A DNA stretch of 14,746 bases, from contig CAZKNU010000028.1 of the NCBI GenBank assembly GCA_964554235.1, forward strand, positions 1 to 14,746. The letters run 5' to 3'. Position numbers and translations under genes: made by a program. Below the pieces are notes generated by a model. That model did not search any database. It was given only the letters and a program-made list of their open reading frames with translations, and was not told the origin of the DNA. Positions 9,050-14,746 of the stretch are shown piece by piece; positions within the stretch are counted from its first letter, which is position 1, and each line of letters starts with the position of its first letter. The DNA is from an uncultured Methanosarcinales archaeon (GTDB taxonomy: Archaea > Nanobdellota > Nanobdellia > Woesearchaeales > GW2011-AR9).

Positions 9050-11537
9050 TGGATAAATACTTGGTCACTACAGGTAATGTGTTTTGCAGGGCTGACCTTA
9101 ACAACTCTTGAATGTTTTCTCCTTCTACAGTTCCTAATTGTCCAACGTGTTGTGCTAATTCTGAGAACAGTTTTTGGTCTCCAAGGCGTGCAGCTGCCGC
9201 AGCTAAGTCAGAAATTTCTTCCGACCATGCACCCATTCTCTGGGCGTAAGCAGCGGCTTCCTCCTGTATTAATACCACTTTTCTTTCGTGCTCCTTTCTT
9301 GCTACTTCTTCATTCACCGCGTATTCAACACCTTTGGCAGCAACCTCAATCTTTTTGGCTTCTGCGAAAGCTTCTGCTTTACCAACCTCTTGCATTTTAC
9401 AAACTAGATTGCCTAACTCTACTGCGGCTATTTTAACATCTTTTTCTCGTTCAAATGCTGCTAAGGCAGTTTCTTCTGTTATCATTCTTAATTTGTTTGT
9501 ATCCTGTTGTATTTTTTGCGTTAACTCTGTTAGCGTATATCCCTGTTGCTCTAACTTCTTTGTAATCTCTGTTTCCTGTTCTTTTTGCCCCAATTCCAAT
9601 TGCTTCAACTGTTTATTAATCTCAATTTCTTGTTCTTTCTGTTCACGTTCTTTCTGCTTCAGGTGTGTAGCCATTTCAATTTCATTCACTTTGTCATCCA
9701 TGTTCATCTCTCTGATTTGTTGAGAGACCGCAAATCCTTGCTTCTTGCTACCCAATTCTTTTTCAAGTAGTTGCCCTTTTAGATCTAAGTCTAACCCCTT
9801 CATAGCTAATTCTTGTTCCCGTTGCAGTTTTACTTCGTTAAACGCTAATGCCATCCTCTCGTTGCTTAAGTTTAACCTAAATGCACTCTGTTCTGCTTCT
9901 GTCAGCAAGTCTGCCAGTTCATCATTTAGAACTGCTACGTTCAGCACTTCCAAATCGTATACTCTCATCCCATTCTCTTTAAAGAACCTTCCAGTCCTTT
10001 GCTCGCCTTCTTTTTTAACTCCTAAGATGGCATCTCTTACCAAATCTATACTATTAGGATAAAATTCGCTAAGTGAAATCTTTTTCACTGCTGACCTCAT
10101 GATTGAACTCAAATGCTCGCAAAGTAAGCCTACATAATCACTGACATCAAACCATTTCTTTGGCTCACCTTCAAAAGAAATTCTGTAAGAAACTTTAACA
10201 TCGAGCTGAATATGCTCCTTGGTTTCAACCGTTACAACATCAGAAACTTTATTACCTTCCTGCTGCAGGAAAACAGTTTCTAGTAGAAGTTTATCGCTCT
10301 TAGGAGTTCCCGTAGAAAACGTTAATTTCTCCAAACTTTCGGAATAATCAAGAATACACCTCTCTGGTCCTTGCACAACCTTTCTTTCTTTCTCTGAAAC
10401 AATCATTGTTGCGTGGTTAGGCGGAACGTAAACTGAAACGGCTTTGCCTTTATCACGGTTAACGACCCCATACAATACTTCAACTGTTTTATCTAAGCTT
10501 CTTTCTACAATGCTTTCTTTTATTGGATTAGGAAGAACGTTTTTAGGCCCCTTAATCGTCTTAATTTCACCGGTGTTCAGATTTCTAACATAAAGCCCTT
10601 CACTTTCAGCCAAGGATATCGGACTTATTTCTCCTCTAAGTTCTATATTTTCATTGGGAAAGAAAAGCCCGTCTTTACCTTCCACAAACAATTCTTGTCC
10701 TATTTTAAACGGTCCGGCACCAATGATATTAGATAAGGGGTCATTTTCTTCAACTTTAAAATCTTTAGTAACATACAAATGCAACCCTCTTTCTGGTTTT
10801 AGCGTCTGCGCCTGAAATATTGCTCTGCTGATCCCGCTAACAACTTTTTCAAGAAGAGTTTCATTGGGAGCTGGAATAACTTGATTAGGCCCAACAATAT
10901 ATTTTTTCTCGCCATTTGGCTCTAATAACACGCAGTATTCTCCAGCCATCAGTTTTACTGCTTTTCTTACAAAATTCCCGTCGTCTTGAGGAACTACTTC
11001 GAGACCGATTGTGGGCATGTAAAAACTTTTTTCTGAGCCTTTGATAATCATTTCAGTGCCAGTTGGAATTGCAGTATCATTCATAGTCGTGTTATTGTAA
11101 GCTCTTATAAGCAAGTATTCGTCTTCTCTTAATTTATGCCCGCTGATTACTTTTGCCGTCTGCCCGGGCCAAAGTGGAAACGTTTTTGGTCCTGGGACTA
11201 CTACTTTTTCACCATAGTTTAACTCTTGTGCTGCATTTATGCCGCGAGAATATTTAGCATCCGGAGAGGTAGTAGGATTTTCTAAGACAATATATTCTGA
11301 ATCTGCAGCAAACACAAAATTGTGCATTGCTTGTTCGTCAGCAAGGCCGACAGGCATTACTTTTCTGGTTTTAGAATCAATGTTTACTAATCTTTCCGTG
11401 TTGGACATACTAATCTTTGCCGGACCAACATAAAGGACAACATCTCCTTTAGTCATGTCCTGCACATAACAGAATTCATTTCCAGCTAAAAGAATATCTC
11501 TCTCCCTTTGATCTCTTATCTCCCTTTGCTCAGCCAT
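9015..11537 (-). CDS. major vault protein (MVP) homolog (840 aa)
   Basis: Full-length collinearity with eukaryotic MVP. The N-terminus has repeated vault-repeat motifs: VLYVGPAKI, VVPGPKTFPLWPGQ, YIVGPNQVIPAPNE and EGLYVRNLNTGEIKTIKGPKNVLP (compare human [24 protein letters not shown]). YVPPNHATMIV...KVVQGPE matches YRVPHNAAVQVYDY...RVVFGPE. The shoulder segment FDVSDYVGLLCEHLSSIMRSAV matches [22 protein letters not shown]. A long E/K/Q-rich coiled coil (cap-helix) follows, then a C-terminal cap-ring-like tail. Confidence 0.85.
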   Translation of the reverse strand: MAEQREIRDQRERDILLAGNEFCYVQDMTKGDVVLYVGPAKISMSNTERLVNIDSKTRKVMPVGLADEQAMHNFVFAADSEYIVLENPTTSPDAKYSRGINAAQELNYGEKVVVPGPKTFPLWPGQTAKVISGHKLREDEYLLIRAYNNTTMNDTAIPTGTEMIIKGSEKSFYMPTIGLEVVPQDDGNFVRKAVKLMAGEYCVLLEPNGEKKYIVGPNQVIPAPNETLLEKVVSGISRAIFQAQTLKPERGLHLYVTKDFKVEENDPLSNIIGAGPFKIGQELFVEGKDGLFFPNENIELRGEISPISLAESEGLYVRNLNTGEIKTIKGPKNVLPNPIKESIVERSLDKTVEVLYGVVNRDKGKAVSVYVPPNHATMIVSEKERKVVQGPERCILDYSESLEKLTFSTGTPKSDKLLLETVFLQQEGNKVSDVVTVETKEHIQLDVKVSYRISFEGEPKKWFDVSDYVGLLCEHLSSIMRSAVKKISLSEFYPNSIDLVRDAILGVKKEGEQRTGRFFKENGMRVYDLEVLNVAVLNDELADLLTEAEQSAFRLNLSNERMALAFNEVKLQREQELAMKGLDLDLKGQLLEKELGSKKQGFAVSQQIREMNMDDKVNEIEMATHLKQKEREQKEQEIEINKQLKQLELGQKEQETEITKKLEQQGYTLTELTQKIQQDTNKLRMITEETALAAFEREKDVKIAAVELGNLVCKMQEVGKAEAFAEAKKIEVAAKGVEYAVNEEVARKEHERKVVLIQEEAAAYAQRMGAWSEEISDLAAAAARLGDQKLFSELAQHVGQLGTVEGENIQELLRSALQNTLPVVTKYLSNALVDRSLGKP

Positions 11538-11544
11538 TTTTTAT

Positions 11545-11550
11545 ACCTCC
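11545..11550 (-). promoter_or_regulatory. Shine-Dalgarno-like GGAGGT 7 nt upstream of the MVP start codon
   Basis: The minus strand reads GGAGGT-ataaaaa-ATG. This is the only gene in the window with a clear SD, implying a leadered transcript, unlike the TATA-at-minus-25 genes. Confidence 0.5.
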
Positions 11551-11642
11551 AATACCATTAAATCCGACTTCTAATGCGAACAATTTAAACCTTTGGTTTA
11601 AACTATATAAACCGACTTAAAACTTTAAACTTCAAAGAAAGG

Positions 11643-11652
11643 TTTATATAAT
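11643..11652 (+). promoter_or_regulatory. TATA-like box TTTATATAAT for the AbrB/PhoU-like regulator gene
   Basis: The plus strand reads caaagaaagg-TTTATATAAT-(20 nt)-ATG. The purine-rich upstream flank is BRE-like. The architecture matches the kae1 and tgt promoters. Confidence 0.4.
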
Positions 11653-11672
11653 AATGGCTAAAACAGCGTGGT

Positions 11673-12590
11673 ATGGAACGAAAATTGGTTCAGCAAGGAA
11701 ATTCTACTTTAATGGTTTCCCTGCCGTACGAATGGGTAAAAAAGAACAGTCTGCGGAAAGGGGCGGAAGTTTCTATAAGAGAAGATGATAACAATATGGT
11801 GATTTTCACAAAAAGCGAACCTTCTAAAAAGAAAGCAGCAACTCTAACTTTAACTACTGATACTGAGCCTTCAGTCAGGACAGCAATCATTAGCGCTTAT
11901 CGCTCCGGATACGATTTAATCAGGATAAATTTTAAATGCAGGCCGGCGCATCAGCTTGTTGCGGAGATAATTAAAAATTATACTATCGGCTTGGAAATTA
12001 TTGAGCAGGGCAAAAACTTCCTGCTGCTGGAAAACATTACCGAGCCAGATGCCGGGCAATTTGAAGTGCTTTTTAACAAGATATTTTATAATATTTCTCT
12101 TTTGGCTGAGCATACTGAGCAGAGGCTGAAAGGGAAAGAAACACTTGACTGCAAAAGCATCATTTTTAAAATACATCAATACGACAATTTCTGCAGGCGG
12201 GTTGTTTCCAAGAAACCTTTTTCTTCAACCAAAGCAGGATTTTATTATGCTTTGTTTACTCTTATTACCCAGGGGCAAAGGGAGCTTTATCACTTAAACA
12301 GCTATTTAGATGAAAATAAAGTAATGCTTAAAGATTTCAGAGTGCTGGAGCATTTAAAAGAAGTGCTCAATTTATTGCGGGAGGCGCATGCCAGCAAAAA
12401 CCTTGCTTTGATTGAGCAAATTCATGATTTAAAGAAGGAATTCCGCCACACTGTTTTTTACCCGTCCATAGAAAAAGGCCGGAAAAAAGAAAATGTGGCG
12501 CTTTACCATATTGCTTCGTCTTTAAGGCTGTTTTATCTTGCCTGTAGCCCGGTTACTGGTTTGGTTATTGGTTTTAAAGAATCTTCCTAA
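11673..12590 (+). CDS. AbrB/SpoVT-domain plus PhoU-like helical domain transcriptional regulator (archaeal 'phosphate uptake regulator' family), 305 aa
   Basis: The N-terminus ERKLVQQGNSTLMVSLPYEWVKKNSLRKGAEVSI has the swapped-hairpin AbrB signature typical of the N-terminus of archaeal PhoU-family proteins. The remainder is a helical, PhoU-like repeat region. The gene is divergent from the MVP gene. Confidence 0.65.
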   Translation: MERKLVQQGNSTLMVSLPYEWVKKNSLRKGAEVSIREDDNNMVIFTKSEPSKKKAATLTLTTDTEPSVRTAIISAYRSGYDLIRINFKCRPAHQLVAEIIKNYTIGLEIIEQGKNFLLLENITEPDAGQFEVLFNKIFYNISLLAEHTEQRLKGKETLDCKSIIFKIHQYDNFCRRVVSKKPFSSTKAGFYYALFTLITQGQRELYHLNSYLDENKVMLKDFRVLEHLKEVLNLLREAHASKNLALIEQIHDLKKEFRHTVFYPSIEKGRKKENVALYHIASSLRLFYLACSPVTGLVIGFKESS

Positions 12591-14626
12591 GAAGCGGATG
12601 CTTCTATCCGTTGGTAAAGCTTTCTTATCCTCTCCCGTGCTGATAACGGAAACTCCTTTGCGCCGTAATCACCGTAAATGAATGCAGAACTTTTTTCATC
12701 TGCAGGATGAAACAGAAGGCAGTAATTATGCATTTCGTCTTCTGAATCAGAGTTATAATGAACAATAGTCGCCTGCCAGTTATCTATGCGGGCTGTGTAC
12801 GATTTTGCGCCTTCTTTTGTTACATAATCTTTGACCAGGTCATTTTCGTGTATGGAAGCAGGCATCCATTGCACTGCATCTCTTTCTACCCTGGACAACG
12901 CATTTTCAAGACTATAATCTCTTTCATTTGCAGAGTAATCTGTTTTAAGTTTAGAACCGGGCGTTTGTCTGTTTGCAGATGAATCAGTTTCAGAAGTATT
13001 TTCAAAATCAAGTTTTACTGAGATAGTTTCCTTATCCAGCCCCCTCATCTTATCAAGCTGTCCAACAACATAATTAATTAGTGCAAGTTTTTTAATCAGC
13101 CAACCATCTCCCCCTTTCTTTAAAATAGGTTCATGGCTATAACAAGTTTCTCCACTAAGATGGTTGTAAGCTTGGAAGATTTCCTTTCCATCTGTTAAGA
13201 CTATTATTTCCCTAACGTTATCATCACTCCAGTTCTGGCCCATCGTGCCATATCTAAAAGTAGACCTACTATCAATAACCCTTGCTTCAATCTCGCCTTC
13301 CTTGTATACGTAAGTTTCCGTGCATAATGAATGGTCGCAGGCATCAGAGCCGTGAGCATTGGGATTACCGGTATGGTGCGTTTCTCTAGACCAGTTGCCA
13401 AAAGCGGTCGTGAAAGAAGCGAATGCTTCAATTATAGTTGACAGGACAATTTCTTCGGGCGTGTTTGTTTCACGCAAAACTATGGGGTTATTATCATCTG
13501 CACCAAGCATGATTTCGTGCTCGTTTACAAAATCTTTAAGCAGCGTATTCTGTCCCTTAACTTTTGTTCCTATGATTTTATCTCTTTTTTTCCCAGATCT
13601 AAGCTCTGGGATACTCATCCAGACAAAAGGATTGATTCGATGTTCTCTATAAGTTTCAAAATTTTCTTTTAATTTGTAATGCAGCTTTTCGGCATCATCA
13701 TTGCTGAGGTGTTCGGGATTGAGAAAATCTTTTAAAGCAAATTTAAATTCAGGAAAATAAATCTTTTTTAATTTTTGCTGGACTTGTTCGCAGCATTCCC
13801 GCAAATTAATACTTTGGAGCAGTTTACCCTTATCGTCTATAACAATCCTAACTTGTTTTCCGTTAATATCAATTTTTTTTCCTTTATCATCTTCAACAAG
13901 AGCAAAATCAAACAGGTGCTCCCCGGTAAGGACGTAATACATTACTGCTCCTAATGTGTATAATTCGCTTCCCACGGTTACACGGCTTTCCTTTCCTGAA
14001 AGAAGTTCTTCCAAAATTTTGGGGTGGGTGTATTGGGTTCCTCCTCTTGTTGGCAGAACTTTGCTTTCCACATCATCCATGCTAGCAGCAAATTGAAAAT
14101 CTATAAGTTTAACTTTTCCATCAATTCCAATCAAAAAATTAGAAGGTTTTAAATCGCGATGCAACATTTTTTTCTCAAGATGCAAGTAACGCAAGGCTTC
14201 TGTAGCCTGCAAAAGAAGGTCCAGAAACTTATCTTGGTTAAGAACTGGCCCAAACAATTCTACATGTTGCTGAAGGCTCTGGGCATCAAGAAATTCTTCT
14301 ACAGTAATAATGCTGCTTTTATATTCATGGGTATCTAATATTTGTACAATGTTGGGGTGATTAAGTAATTTTAGTCTTTCCACTTCTTTCCTATTTGGAT
14401 CCCCGCGGGAAAGATTTATTCTTGCCTGCACCGACGGTTCTTCTAGTCCTATCAAACCTTTGGGGACTTTAATGATAACTCTTTTCTGGCGCCGGTCTTG
14501 TTCAATATGAAATGCCTCGTAAACCTCCCGATGCTTGCCTTCACCAATTTTTCTGCCCGGGAAATATCTTTTGCTGATAAGAAAATCAGTTAATTCTTGG
14601 TCTGGAAATAGATTTGGGTGTTCCAT
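12587..14626 (-). CDS. eukaryotic-like Ser/Thr protein kinase with a roughly 350-aa uncharacterised C-terminal domain (679 aa)
   Basis: Hanks-type motifs are present: a degenerate Gly-loop KIGEGKHREVY, VIIKV (VAIK-like lysine), HRDLKPSNFLI (catalytic loop), DFQFA (DFG variant) and GTQYTHPKILEE (APE region). The C-terminal region (about aa 330-679; 12590-13639) has no recognisable family and contains the His/Cys cluster HHTGNPNAHGSDACDHSLC. The stop codon overlaps the regulator's stop convergently at 12587-12590. Confidence 0.8.
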   Translation of the reverse strand: MEHPNLFPDQELTDFLISKRYFPGRKIGEGKHREVYEAFHIEQDRRQKRVIIKVPKGLIGLEEPSVQARINLSRGDPNRKEVERLKLLNHPNIVQILDTHEYKSSIITVEEFLDAQSLQQHVELFGPVLNQDKFLDLLLQATEALRYLHLEKKMLHRDLKPSNFLIGIDGKVKLIDFQFAASMDDVESKVLPTRGGTQYTHPKILEELLSGKESRVTVGSELYTLGAVMYYVLTGEHLFDFALVEDDKGKKIDINGKQVRIVIDDKGKLLQSINLRECCEQVQQKLKKIYFPEFKFALKDFLNPEHLSNDDAEKLHYKLKENFETYREHRINPFVWMSIPELRSGKKRDKIIGTKVKGQNTLLKDFVNEHEIMLGADDNNPIVLRETNTPEEIVLSTIIEAFASFTTAFGNWSRETHHTGNPNAHGSDACDHSLCTETYVYKEGEIEARVIDSRSTFRYGTMGQNWSDDNVREIIVLTDGKEIFQAYNHLSGETCYSHEPILKKGGDGWLIKKLALINYVVGQLDKMRGLDKETISVKLDFENTSETDSSANRQTPGSKLKTDYSANERDYSLENALSRVERDAVQWMPASIHENDLVKDYVTKEGAKSYTARIDNWQATIVHYNSDSEDEMHNYCLLFHPADEKSSAFIYGDYGAKEFPLSARERIRKLYQRIEASAS

Positions 14627-14746
14627 TTATTTCTCAACACACTAAACCCCAGAAATAATAAATCTATTTTTACTTACTGCTAGCCGCCTGCCTTTCCAAA
14701 TCTCTTTTCTTAGAAATGGCTGCGCTCTTACCCGAGCATAAAGCAG

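Noticed and set aside
9560-9700. Short DNA-level repeats (ttcttt/ctgttc-type periodicity) that might suggest a repeat array or CRISPR.
   Set aside because: They are codon-level repetition encoding the KEQE/EIEI heptads of the MVP cap-helix. There are no spacer/repeat structure and no cas genes.
9077-10062. Four plus-strand ORFs antisense to the MVP coiled-coil region.
   Set aside because: They mirror the K/E/Q-rich cap-helix codons. They are S/F/L/C-rich low-complexity artefacts.
11690-12179. Two minus-strand ORFs inside the AbrB/PhoU gene.
   Set aside because: They are antisense shadow ORFs with no motifs.
12758-13652. Three small ORFs (12758..12982 on the plus strand, 13204..13431 on the minus strand, 13359..13652 on the plus strand) within the kinase gene.
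   Set aside because: They are alternative-frame or antisense ORFs inside a well-supported kinase CDS.
14715-14746. ATGGCTGCGCTCTTACCCGAGCATAAAGCAG, a possible plus-strand gene start running off the window end.
   Set aside because: Only about 10 codons are visible. The gene cannot be evaluated.

Overview
The window is AT-rich (roughly 35-40% GC by spot counts) and densely packed with prokaryotic genes. It is most likely archaeal. Evidence for that is a Kae1 of the archaeal/eukaryotic type rather than bacterial TsaD, an AbrB-N-terminal PhoU-like regulator, and TATA-like boxes about 25 nt upstream of several start codons with purine-rich BRE-like flanks. There are 13 supported protein-coding genes, 10 of them on the minus strand. 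Housekeeping content is gyrB (interrupted by a 432-aa intein carrying an HNH homing endonuclease), kae1 translationally coupled to a lipoprotein gene, and a divergently transcribed queuine-type tRNA-guanine transglycosylase. The standout locus is 7.9-14.6 kb. It holds a full-length major vault protein (MVP) homolog of 840 aa, with N-terminal vault repeats, a shoulder domain and a C-terminal cap-helix coiled coil. Immediately downstream are co-directional small genes of unknown function, one of them apparently frameshifted. Divergent from the MVP gene is an AbrB/PhoU-like regulator, and convergent on that regulator is a eukaryotic-like Ser/Thr kinase with a roughly 350-aa uncharacterised C-terminal domain. 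Several eukaryote-like proteins in an archaeal-looking, AT-rich context are reminiscent of Asgard-type genomes: MVP, the ePK, an OSGEP-like Kae1 and a QTRT-like TGT. This window alone cannot establish that. No rRNA, tRNA or CRISPR array was recognised.
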